Source of the DNA: an uncultured Desulfatitalea sp.
GTDB taxonomy: Bacteria; Desulfobacterota; Desulfobacteria; Desulfobacterales; Desulfosarcinaceae
Assembly: GCA_963668675.2 (NCBI GenBank)
Contig: CAXXMB010000001.1
Coordinates: 1,440,001-1,504,000 of the forward strand
DNA: 64,000 nucleotides
Reading direction: 5' to 3'
Part shown: positions 50,836 through 59,828 of the stretch, in pieces
Position numbering within the stretch: position 1 is the stretch's first letter
Layout of the letters: each line of letters starts with the position of its first letter
Position numbers and translations under genes: made by a program
Notes under the pieces: generated by a model
Database searches by the model: none
What the model was told of the DNA's origin: nothing
Seen by the model: the letters and a program-made list of their open reading frames with translations, nothing else

Positions 50836-51206
50836 GGTGTCTCTCCCTGGCTGTTCGGCTCATGACGCAAGCATGTCTCTTATCCTGATAGCGTTGCACA
50901 GCAATTCGACCTGTGCCCTGTGTACGGTATGCCGCCAAGGCTCCGAAAAGCGACGATCTCCGTTGCGCGCAAATTGTGCTGGCCACGAATGGTATCCCTT
51001 CATGCGCACCTCCAGGCCAAAGCTGGCAGTACACAGGGTGTGGGAGGGGTTTAAAATGTGCGCCTGCGTGGGCATCGGTGGCCGCGTGGCCCTCTCCCCG
51101 GGTGGCGATCACACAGCGCAGGCGCTTGAGACGGGCGCAGCCAATAGAGTGGCAGGATTAGCAGACGGCTACCCTACAATATCACCAGGCGCCTAATTAG
51201 CGCTCG

Positions 51207-51362
51207 TCATCGGCTGACCAACGCACCGGCAGTGACAATGAGTAACGCTTCATAGATCCACATGGGGGTCAGACTGCCAAATATCGCATAGACAATGCCG
51301 CCGCCAATGATGGCCGGAACACCACAGAAAACCAAAATTGCCAATCGTCTGCTGATTTCCAT
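51207..51362 (-). CDS. Small two-TM membrane protein (51 aa, below the ORF-track cutoff)
   Basis: Hand translation MEISRRLAILVFCGVPAIIGGGIVYAIFGSLTPMWIYEALLIVTAGALVSR*; upstream GGGA. Confidence 0.65.
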   Translation of the reverse strand: MEISRRLAILVFCGVPAIIGGGIVYAIFGSLTPMWIYEALLIVTAGALVSR

Positions 51363-51616
51363 GTTTCATTTCCCACTATTGAGTTCGTCTATCTTTTAAT
51401 CCGAATGTATCCGATTTTTCCTGCGCGGCCATGTTGTCCGGACCTGCCTGAAAGTATTGGCAGATGCCTTTTTCGAACAGAGGCCAAACCACAGGATGTT
51501 GTTACCTGTAAAGGGCGAAACCACGACGAATCATATAGGCGCTTTTACCAATAACCGCCTTAAATGTAAAGTGAAAAAGGCCGTTTCACACCAATATTCA
51601 GCCGCCTTGCTCGGCG

Positions 51617-52903
51617 TTATCGCTCGATCACCATGGCCATGCCCATTCCGCCACCGATGCACATGGTTACCAGGCCCGTGTTGTACCCCTTGCGGCACAT
51701 CTGGTTCATGCCGCTGACCATCTGGCGGGCGCCAGTTGCCCCGATCGGATGGCCGAGCGATATACCCGAACCCAGCTCGTTGGGCTTGTCAAAAGCGATC
51801 CCCAGCTCCTTCATGCAACCAATGGCCTGGGAAGCAAACGCCTCATTGAGCTCGATCATATCGATATCGCCAACGCCCATACCGGCGGCATCGAGCGCCT
51901 TTCGAACGGCCGGTACCGGCCCTAGCCCCATGTAGGCAGGATCCAGGCCCCCGGATGAGAAGGATGTTATGCTCACAATCGGTTCCAATCCCATGGCCGC
52001 CGCCTTATCAGCACTCATCAATACAACGGCCCCTGCCCCGTCGTTGATCCCCGAAGCGTTACCCGCCGTTACCGTACCATCCTTTTTGAAGGCAGGCCGC
52101 AGTTTGGCCATCTTCTCCATACTGGTCTCCATGGGGCGTTCATCCGTATCGACCACGACCTCACCCTTGCGGGTCTTGATCGTCACCGGTTCGATCTCCT
52201 GCGCAAAAAGCCCCTCTTTGATGGCCGTCATGGCGCGCTGATGGCTCAACACCCCAAGTTCGTCCTGCTCCTGACGGCTGATCTGATAGAGAGCCGCAAT
52301 ATTTTCGGCTGTCATACCCATGTGATATCCGTAGAAGATTTCGTAAAGGCCGTCGAATACCATGAGATCGTATATGTCACCCTTACCTGTCAGCTCCATA
52401 CGGTGACCCCAGCGGGCCTTGGGCAACGCCATGGGCGCCCGGCTCATGTTCTCCTGCCCACCGGCCACCACCACCTCGGCCTGGCCGGTCATGATCGACT
52501 GGGCTCCCAGCGCAATGGCTTTAAGGCCCGATCCACACACCTTGTTGATCGTAAAAGCCGGCGTCTCCTTGGGAAGCCCCGCCTTCATCATGGCCTGACG
52601 GGCCGGATTCTGTCCCAGACCGGCCTGCAACACATTGCCCATGATCACTTCGTCCACCGCCACCGGCTGGGCATCCGCATCCCATTCACCGGCAGCCGTT
52701 TCGAGCTCAATCAACCCCTGGTCTTTGAGCTTATCGGCAGCAACCGCCTTCATGCGGTCATCGGCAACCGGCTTGAGCCCAGCCCTCTGAAGCGCACTCC
52801 GCATCACCAGCGCCCCCATCTCCACCGCCGAGACATCCTTTAAACAACCGCCGAAAGACCCCACCGCCGTGCGGGCTCCGCTAACAATTACAACCTTGTT
52901 CAT
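51617..52903 (-). CDS. Acetyl-CoA acetyltransferase (thiolase)
   Basis: NKVCGSG, VTAGNASGINDG, NEAF, GHPIGATG, CIGGG; roughly 30-aa N-terminal insertion; RBS GGGGGAG. Confidence 0.95.
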   Translation of the reverse strand: MNKVVIVSGARTAVGSFGGCLKDVSAVEMGALVMRSALQRAGLKPVADDRMKAVAADKLKDQGLIELETAAGEWDADAQPVAVDEVIMGNVLQAGLGQNPARQAMMKAGLPKETPAFTINKVCGSGLKAIALGAQSIMTGQAEVVVAGGQENMSRAPMALPKARWGHRMELTGKGDIYDLMVFDGLYEIFYGYHMGMTAENIAALYQISRQEQDELGVLSHQRAMTAIKEGLFAQEIEPVTIKTRKGEVVVDTDERPMETSMEKMAKLRPAFKKDGTVTAGNASGINDGAGAVVLMSADKAAAMGLEPIVSITSFSSGGLDPAYMGLGPVPAVRKALDAAGMGVGDIDMIELNEAFASQAIGCMKELGIAFDKPNELGSGISLGHPIGATGARQMVSGMNQMCRKGYNTGLVTMCIGGGMGMAMVIER

Positions 52904-53203
52904 GGTACTCCCCCTTGAGTTGATGAACACCCGAAAGTGTCTATTTTTCTTCAAACGGATACGCAGCATTACAAGCGCACCTATATAGCATAGGTGCCGA
53001 TGTTTATAAACAGACAAAAACCGGAATCGCAGCGCCCCGGGCTTTAGCCTGGCGATGGGTTTTACACTTTACACCCTGCCCTCGATATCGTTAAGCTAAC
53101 GATCTTGGGAAACAGAACCGGGTGGGCATAAGACCCGCCCCCTCAAAAATTGATCTAACGCTCTGGGCTTGTGCCCGAGTATTGACGATACATGGGTATA
53201 CCT

Positions 53204-53986
53204 ATGTGCCTGATCGCCTTTGCATACCATGTCCATCCCGACTACCGACTGATCCTGGCCGCCAACCGGGATGAGTTTTACGAGCGTCCAACAGCGCCAT
53301 TAGACCTCTGGCAAGACCACCCAACCATTCTGGCCGGGCGCGACCTGCAGCAGCAAGGCACCTGGATGGGCATCACCCCCACCGGCCGCATCGCCGCAAT
53401 CACCAACTACCGCGATCCGCAAAACATCAAATCCGGAGCCCCCTCCAGGGGACATCTGGTCTCCAATTTTCTTCTCACTGCCACCCCTCCGGATCGCTAC
53501 CTGGCATCGATCCAACGATCGGCAGAGCGCTACAACGGATTCAACTTGATCGTCGGAGATACCGCTGGACTTTTCTACTTCTCTAACCATGCAGGAGCGG
53601 TGCAGAAACTCGAACCCGGCATCCACGGCTTGAGCAACCACCTGCTCGACACCCCCTGGCCCAAAGTTGAACGATGCAAACAACGCCTGGGAGAGATCAT
53701 CCAAACCAGCGGCAGCATCTCCGAAGATCGGATCTGGGAACTCCTTAAGGACCAAACCCCCGCCCCGGACGACCGCCTGCCGGACACTGGCGTCGACCGC
53801 ACATGGGAACGTGCCCTCAGTCCCATCTTCATCGCCAGTCCCGGATACGGCACCCGCTCCTCATCGATCATCACCATCAACCGGCAAGGCCTCATTCACT
53901 TCAGCGAAATCACCTGGCAAAACAACAAGCCCACCCCCTGCAAAGCGGTGCGCCGCAGTTACGATCTGCAAATCAGGGACGTTTAA
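53204..53986 (+). CDS. NRDE (TANGO2) family protein
   Basis: MCL start, ANRDEF, GTW, SRG, YNGFNL, LSN..LD.PWPK, YGTRSS. Confidence 0.93.
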   Translation: MCLIAFAYHVHPDYRLILAANRDEFYERPTAPLDLWQDHPTILAGRDLQQQGTWMGITPTGRIAAITNYRDPQNIKSGAPSRGHLVSNFLLTATPPDRYLASIQRSAERYNGFNLIVGDTAGLFYFSNHAGAVQKLEPGIHGLSNHLLDTPWPKVERCKQRLGEIIQTSGSISEDRIWELLKDQTPAPDDRLPDTGVDRTWERALSPIFIASPGYGTRSSSIITINRQGLIHFSEITWQNNKPTPCKAVRRSYDLQIRDV

Positions 53987-54241
53987 TCTGGTTTTAACGG
54001 AAAACGAAAAAGGAAGGAAAGATGTTTCATGGCGCCACGGATAGCGCCCCAGGTAATTGAGGAATGACCACCCACGATGACTGAAAATTTCCCTGAGCCG
54101 GAATCACATCGGTCGTGTGAGCCATCAGCTCCGCCATATGGTCGGCATTCACCGGCACCGCGGCTGCCCCCAGACCGTATGGGGCGCCACACTCGTATAG
54201 GTGAAGCCATGGAATATTTCAACAGATAGGCGCAGACGTCA

Positions 54242-54275
54242 AAGGGGCGGCAGAACCGAAGTCCAGCCGCCCCTT
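54242..54275 (-). terminator. Hairpin downstream of the OmpA gene
   Basis: 10-bp stem AAGGGGCGGC/GCCGCCCCTT; short U tract. Confidence 0.5.
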
Positions 54276-54302
54276 AACCAAATGATATGAGTTGCCTGAA
54301 AA

Positions 54303-55562
54303 CTATTGAAGCGGCTTGAACTCAACGCGGCGGTTCTCGGCCCGCCCCTTGGCCGTCTTGTTGGTTGCAATGGGTCTGTCCGGACCGTAACCGATCGTAT
54401 CCATCCGGTCGGCGGCGACGCCCTTACCCGTCAAGTAAGCCTTCACCGAATCGGCCCTCTTCTGCGAGAGGCTCAGATTGTAATTCCTGCTGCCGCTGAT
54501 GTCGGTGTGCCCCTGGATCTGAACGCGCACATCTTTGCGCTGGTTCAGGTAGTCTGCGATCTCATCAAGTACCGCGTGGGAAGACGCCTTCAGATCCGAT
54601 CGGTTGTTTTCAAACTGCACCCCCTTGAAAATCCAGGTACCGGCAGCCGTTACAACCGCCTTGGGCAGCGGGCAGCCAACCTTGTCCACACGCTCGCCGG
54701 CTGGCGTATTCGGACACTTGTCCAGATAGTCGTAGACTCCGTCTCCATCCGAATCCTTCGGGCAGCCACGGTTGTCCACAGCCACGCCCCTCGCTGTCCC
54801 CGGACAACGGTCGCTCTTGTCGGGCACCCCGTCCCCATCCTTATCCGCCAAACCGGCCAACAGCGCGCGTTGGACAAACGCCGCCATCCCTGCGCCAGTC
54901 GCCACTTCATCCGCATTGAGCACACCGCCGCATCCGCTCAAGGCGCCCAATTTTGACATAAAACCGGCGCCCAGCGGATCGTTGCCCACCTGCACCGTAT
55001 AGATGCAAAGCCGACCCGCAAACTGCTCCTTGAGCCGGCCCGCCACGGCCAGTGAAGGGGCACCCATATCCTTGCCATCGCTGACGACGATCACCACAAT
55101 ATCGCCCGCTGCGTCCTTCAGATCCCCGGCGACCCCTGCCAGGGCCTTTGCCATCGGACTGGGCCCGCCGGCAGTCGTCACCCGGGCCAACCCCTGGGCT
55201 ACGCCTTCACGACTGTAATCGGCCGGCCCGAAAAGCGACATGGTCGGAACCGGTGCCACCCCGCTATCATGGCCGAAAGAGCGCACCGTCGTCTTGATGC
55301 TCAAATCCGGCATGGTTTGGTTGAAATTGGCCACCACACCGCGCGCCAGGGCAAATTTTTCAACACCATTGTGACCATCCAACATGGATGAAGATGCATC
55401 CAGTACAAACACCAGGTTGTCAGCCTTTTGCGTCCACATGCCCTTTTCAATCGGTTCGGGTACAAACTGAGGCGGTGGCGAAAAGGTCTGCCCCGCACAA
55501 CCGACCATACCCACAAGTATTGCCAAAAGAAAAACACCCCATCCCCATCCTGTTTTTTTCAT
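54303..55562 (-). CDS. Lipoprotein with VWA domain, TSP3-like Ca repeats and OmpA C-terminal domain
   Basis: Lipobox MVGC; DASSS MIDAS, VSDG; DxDGDGV.D..D.CP twice; IQGHTD, LSQKRA.SV, NRRVE. Confidence 0.9.
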   Translation of the reverse strand: MKKTGWGWGVFLLAILVGMVGCAGQTFSPPPQFVPEPIEKGMWTQKADNLVFVLDASSSMLDGHNGVEKFALARGVVANFNQTMPDLSIKTTVRSFGHDSGVAPVPTMSLFGPADYSREGVAQGLARVTTAGGPSPMAKALAGVAGDLKDAAGDIVVIVVSDGKDMGAPSLAVAGRLKEQFAGRLCIYTVQVGNDPLGAGFMSKLGALSGCGGVLNADEVATGAGMAAFVQRALLAGLADKDGDGVPDKSDRCPGTARGVAVDNRGCPKDSDGDGVYDYLDKCPNTPAGERVDKVGCPLPKAVVTAAGTWIFKGVQFENNRSDLKASSHAVLDEIADYLNQRKDVRVQIQGHTDISGSRNYNLSLSQKRADSVKAYLTGKGVAADRMDTIGYGPDRPIATNKTAKGRAENRRVEFKPLQ

Positions 55563-55789
55563 ACGCCACTCCCTTCAGCGGTGCATCGCCGTGTCAACGG
55601 CATGCCACCAGTTAGAAAAATTGTGCCACCCCACTGTTCATCACGCACTGGACGGATCTCAATTAGAAAGCAGATCTTCGATGAAGCAGGCAGGTTTTCA
55701 AAAAACTGAACTAAGATAGGCAGAACAAGTAAAAAGGCAAGAGCACAGCATCAAACCGCAGCGAAAGAAGAAAAATAGGGTCAAACCCA

Positions 55790-56776
55790 CTATCCGGCAT
55801 CGGCCAGACCCAACTGGGCAATCATCTCCATATCCATCTCGATACTTCGCCCCCGGGTGGTCAGGTAGTTGCCGACCATCAACCCATTGGCGCCGGCAAA
55901 AAAGACCCAGGACTGAAACTCTTTGAGCGTCACCTCCCGGCCCCCGCACACCGTGATATCCTTGCGCGGATGGATGAAGCGAAACAGGGCGATGCAGGCC
56001 AAGGCATCAAGCGGCTGCATCAACGGGTGATCTCCCAGGGGCGTGCCATGGATCGGATTCAAAAAATTGATCGGAACAGCATCCACATTCAGCTCCTTCA
56101 ACGTAAACGCCAATTCCACCCGCTGGTCCCACGATTCGCCCAAACCGAAAATTCCCCCGCTGCAAACCTCCAACCCAGCCGCCTTTGCCGCCAGAAGGGT
56201 ATCGACCATCTCCTCGTAATCATGGGTCGTACAGATCCGATCGAAATAGCTGCGCGCTGTCTCCAAATTGTGGTGATAGCGCGTGATTCCTGCTGACCGG
56301 AGCTTGCGCGCCGATGGCTCCGAGAGCATTCCCAAAGAGGCGCACAGATGAAGCCCGCTGCGCGCCCTCAACTCCTCGGCCACCCGACACACCGTATCGA
56401 TCTCATCCGCATTCAATGCCGTACCGCTGGTCACAACCCCGTAATGGGTCGCACCCGACTCGGCCAGCCTCAGGGCCGAATCGACCAATTGCCCAACCGG
56501 GCGCAATGCATATGTCTCAACCTCGCACCTATGGTGGGCCGACTGGGAACAGAAAGCGCAATCCTCGGCGCACCGACCGCTCTTGGCATTGACAATACCA
56601 CATCGGAACACCTCCTGCGGCTTGAACCATTGCCGGATCTTGTTGGCGCAACTCACCAGATCCATTGCCGTTTCCGCATCTTCGGGAACCAGTTCCAGCG
56701 CCTGGTCAAATGAGATTTGCCAATCGTCAAACATGGTGGTGCGTTCGGCGATATTCATGATCGTCGACTTAAGCAT
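55790..56776 (-). CDS. bioB: Biotin synthase
   Basis: CAEDCAFC radical SAM motif, YHHNLET, CSGGIFGLGE, VPINFL, GNYLTT. Confidence 0.96.
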   Translation of the reverse strand: MLKSTIMNIAERTTMFDDWQISFDQALELVPEDAETAMDLVSCANKIRQWFKPQEVFRCGIVNAKSGRCAEDCAFCSQSAHHRCEVETYALRPVGQLVDSALRLAESGATHYGVVTSGTALNADEIDTVCRVAEELRARSGLHLCASLGMLSEPSARKLRSAGITRYHHNLETARSYFDRICTTHDYEEMVDTLLAAKAAGLEVCSGGIFGLGESWDQRVELAFTLKELNVDAVPINFLNPIHGTPLGDHPLMQPLDALACIALFRFIHPRKDITVCGGREVTLKEFQSWVFFAGANGLMVGNYLTTRGRSIEMDMEMIAQLGLADAG

Positions 56777-56796
56777 ACCCTCTCCCTCCGATTCTT

Positions 56797-56824
56797 GTTA
56801 ACCATATCTTCTTTTCAGGTTAAC
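56797..56824. promoter_or_regulatory. BirA operator upstream of bioB
   Basis: GTTAACC-14 nt-GGTTAAC palindrome between the candidate promoter TTGACG-18-TATGAG (56837-56866, minus) and the bioB RBS. Confidence 0.8.
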
Positions 56825-57073
56825 CACTTTTCAGATCTCATAGCAGAGGTCCAAACGAAACGTCAATGCGCTTCAAACAGAGAAACGCTTTAAATATGGA
56901 AAGGCAGAATGAAGTCAGGAACTGCGATCATTTGGCAGGCAACGTATTGACGAATAGCTTAGCACTAGTCATCCACTTCTTCAACACCTCATCGCCGGCA
57001 AACATCTTCTTCATGTTCGTTACGATGTTGGGATTAAACGAATTGGAGAAGTGGCCGGGGAGGTGTGTTTATG

Positions 57074-57108
57074 TAAAACGGGGCAGCCACGCTGGCTGCC
57101 CCGTTTTA
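57074..57108. terminator. Intrinsic terminator after the dehydratase-like gene
   Basis: 16-bp perfect inverted repeat TAAAACGGGGCAGCCA-cgc-TGGCTGCCCCGTTTTA. Confidence 0.85.
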
Positions 57109-57145
57109 AGAATCAATACAATCTGATATTGGCTTAGATCGAGCT

Positions 57146-58651
57146 TTACTCCTTCTTCTCCTGCTTGGGCGCAAGGGCTTCGCGGTCGCCGTCGCTCATG
57201 CCGGCGATGTATTTGACCAGCTTTTTGCGGGATTCTATGTCGTACTGGGTGGTGATGGCGATCTGCTCCATGATCGGGGATCCACCGCCGTGGTAGCCTC
57301 CCACATTGTGGATGCCGCCCTTGGCCGAACAGAGGACGTCACCGAGGTAGCGCCAGAACTGGGCTTGGTCTTCCGCGTCCATGTGGGGGTTGCGTTTTGT
57401 GTACTTGAGCAGCAGCTCTTTGGTCTCCGGGTTCATGAAATCCTTTTCGTGCGGGAAGGTGGCCACGACGCCGCCGGCGATATTGCAAAGGATTTCGGCT
57501 TCCTTGTAGACCGATTCTCCGGAGAGGCAACGACCCACGTTGCAGTAGATTGAATGGGGGATATAGGAGCCGGGACCGTATGGCACCAGACCCTTTCCGG
57601 GCATGTAGACACGCGGGCTGCCCAGGTCGGAGGCGGTGTAGCCGGCGGCGTATCCCAGCTCGGTGACCATGATCAGTTCGGCCAGCATCTCGCGGACATG
57701 GCTGGTTTTATGGACGTTGTTGACCTCTGCGGCCAGGGCGGCGGCACCCATGACGATGTCGCCGATGGCCGGCTTGCAGCCCGAATAGGAGTGGCGGTGG
57801 AACAGGGCGAAGAGCAGGGCGTTGATGCCGCCGTGCTGATATTCACCGGCCAGGAAGACGCGCTCCCAGGGAACAAAACAGTTATCGAAAATCATGTAGG
57901 AGTCGGTCGAACCGGGCATCCAGCCGCGCTTAAAGTGTTTTCGCTCCCTGAAGCGGTGGATGGTGGCCACCTGTTTCAGGCCCTCCCAGTCACCCGGCAC
58001 GGCGAAGGACACGGCGTAATCTTTGTCTTCGGGGCGCAGGGCCCGGGTGGGAACGACCAGCACTTCGTCGGAGACCGATGCTTCGGAGATGTGCACCTTG
58101 CAGCCTTCGACCACGATGCCGTCGTTGAGGCGCTCTTTGATGTGCACGTATGCGCCCGGATTGGGCTGGTCGGCCGGGCGCAGCAGGCGGTCGCCCTTGA
58201 CATCTGTCTGGGCACAGCAGGCGATGAGGTCTTCACTCTGGAAACGGGTAAGCCACTTCTTGAAGTTCTCATGATACTGGGTTTCGCCGGGTCTCATCTT
58301 GTCGGCTTCGTAAGAGACGTTGTAGATGGCGTTGGTGGCGTCGGTGCCCATGCAGCGCTGGATGCAACCGCCCACCTTCTGGCAGAGCATTCGGGTCATG
58401 TCCTGCTTGTTGTGCAGGTCGTCCGTGTTCTGGTGGATGTGGGTGAAGCGGTTGATGCGCTCTCCGGTGAGATGGGAGATGGCAGTCATCAGCTCCTGGT
58501 TTTCCGGCTTCTCGGCCTCATCATAGGTGGTGCCGATGTTGTTGATGCACTCCATCTGGAGTTCGTCGGTACGGTCGATCAACTCACCGTCGAAATAGAT
58601 ATTGCGCTTCATTTTCGACAGACCATCAATGTAATCTTGCTTCGTCCTCAT
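57146..58651 (-). CDS. 4-hydroxybutyryl-CoA dehydratase / HpaB-family FAD-[4Fe-4S] protein (AbfD-like)
   Basis: CIQRC, QTDVKGDR, IFDNCFVPWERVF, HRHSYSGCK, HGGGSP; RBS AAGGAGG. Confidence 0.85.
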   Translation of the reverse strand: MRTKQDYIDGLSKMKRNIYFDGELIDRTDELQMECINNIGTTYDEAEKPENQELMTAISHLTGERINRFTHIHQNTDDLHNKQDMTRMLCQKVGGCIQRCMGTDATNAIYNVSYEADKMRPGETQYHENFKKWLTRFQSEDLIACCAQTDVKGDRLLRPADQPNPGAYVHIKERLNDGIVVEGCKVHISEASVSDEVLVVPTRALRPEDKDYAVSFAVPGDWEGLKQVATIHRFRERKHFKRGWMPGSTDSYMIFDNCFVPWERVFLAGEYQHGGINALLFALFHRHSYSGCKPAIGDIVMGAAALAAEVNNVHKTSHVREMLAELIMVTELGYAAGYTASDLGSPRVYMPGKGLVPYGPGSYIPHSIYCNVGRCLSGESVYKEAEILCNIAGGVVATFPHEKDFMNPETKELLLKYTKRNPHMDAEDQAQFWRYLGDVLCSAKGGIHNVGGYHGGGSPIMEQIAITTQYDIESRKKLVKYIAGMSDGDREALAPKQEKKE

Positions 58652-59012
58652 TTGTCCTCCTTGTCCGGACCCTCCGAAATCAATTAGAAGTTAGAAATTG
58701 AATTCCCTTCATCTCAAACCGGGCAGTCGCAGCAGCTGTTCGTTTTTCCGTTTCAGGATATAGGGTTATCGCTTCGCCAGATTTAAATGCAGACCGGCGC
58801 TCTGAGTATCAGGGAAAACGGGAAAGTGTCAATAAAAAGTATCGAACGTTCGCTCTATTTTTTTCAACTGGCGCAAGCCAAATGGCACGATGCGGTTCCC
58901 TTTTCGAAAGAAAAAAAATCATCGACATCACCCAAACGGGGGATTAATTTTTCGAAAAAACTGCTAAAGTCGAAAAAAATGTCAAGCATCGGTTTCAATG
59001 AAAGGGATGACC

Positions 59013-59807
59013 ATGGACAACCCGCTCAACCTGAGGGGCCTGCAGAGCGATCCGCCCTCGACGCCGAGACCGGATACATTCCGCTGCCCTGCTTGCGGCG
59101 TGGCGGTCGAGATCTGGACCGATGAGAAAATCGGCAGGTGTCGGAGTTGCGGCCTCATTTTTGCTAAAGAGAAAAATACCCTCAGCGTAGATGGGCAGCG
59201 CCCCCAAAAAAGTATGGACAGGGCGCTGACCGAGTTGATGACTCGGGCCATCCGTGCCGGAGCGACGGATGCGGCCGTTGTCGACACGGCCGAGATCGTT
59301 GTGGAGGATCACCTGGCCGAGTTGTGCCTTCCGCCCAAGTGCCCCAACTTCGGCACGTCGGCTGGCTGCCCGCCCCATGTCGGCGGGCCGGCGCAGATGC
59401 GAAGGCGCATTGAAGCCGCCGCCTCAGGTCGGGCGATCGTCATTAAAATCGAAATCCCCTCCTCCACCCTGCTCTCAGATATTGACACGCGTTGCGAGAT
59501 CTTTGCGCTTCTCTCAGAGATCGCCGCCGACATCGAAGAGACGGCCGTGTGGATGGGGTATACCGAAGCCAGTGCCTACGCCGGTGGCGGCTGCAAACAG
59601 ACCTTCTGCCGCGAACATACCGCCTGCCGGGTGATCGAAGAAGATGGCGCCTGTCGCCATCCCCACAAAGCGCGCCCCTCCATGTCCGGCTTCGGCGTCA
59701 ATGTCGGTCGCTTGATGCAAAGCGCGGGGTGGGAGGCCACCACATCAGGACAAAAAACGGCTGGAGACGATCCGTTTCCCATCTGTGCGCTGGTGATCGT
59801 CGGGTAG
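59013..59807 (+). CDS. DUF2284-like Cys-rich metal-binding protein with an N-terminal Zn ribbon
   Basis: CPAC...CRSC; C...CPNFGTSAGCPP; GGGC..C...C...CRHP.KARPSM.GFGVNV. Confidence 0.8.
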   Translation: MDNPLNLRGLQSDPPSTPRPDTFRCPACGVAVEIWTDEKIGRCRSCGLIFAKEKNTLSVDGQRPQKSMDRALTELMTRAIRAGATDAAVVDTAEIVVEDHLAELCLPPKCPNFGTSAGCPPHVGGPAQMRRRIEAAASGRAIVIKIEIPSSTLLSDIDTRCEIFALLSEIAADIEETAVWMGYTEASAYAGGGCKQTFCREHTACRVIEEDGACRHPHKARPSMSGFGVNVGRLMQSAGWEATTSGQKTAGDDPFPICALVIVG

Positions 59808-59828
59808 CTTATGGATTAGGAGATGTAT

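Noticed and set aside
50828..51196. Several 70-150 aa ORFs upstream of the AI-2E gene, and a 6S RNA call
   Set aside because: ORFs lack RBS and protein-like composition; the stem geometry and context do not fit 6S well enough
57146..58651. 4-hydroxyphenylacetate 3-monooxygenase (HpaB)
   Set aside because: Fe-S ligand motifs are present, there is no flavin reductase partner, and the context is anaerobic
57554..58687. 377-aa plus-strand ORF
   Set aside because: Antisense shadow of the strongly codon-biased AbfD-like gene
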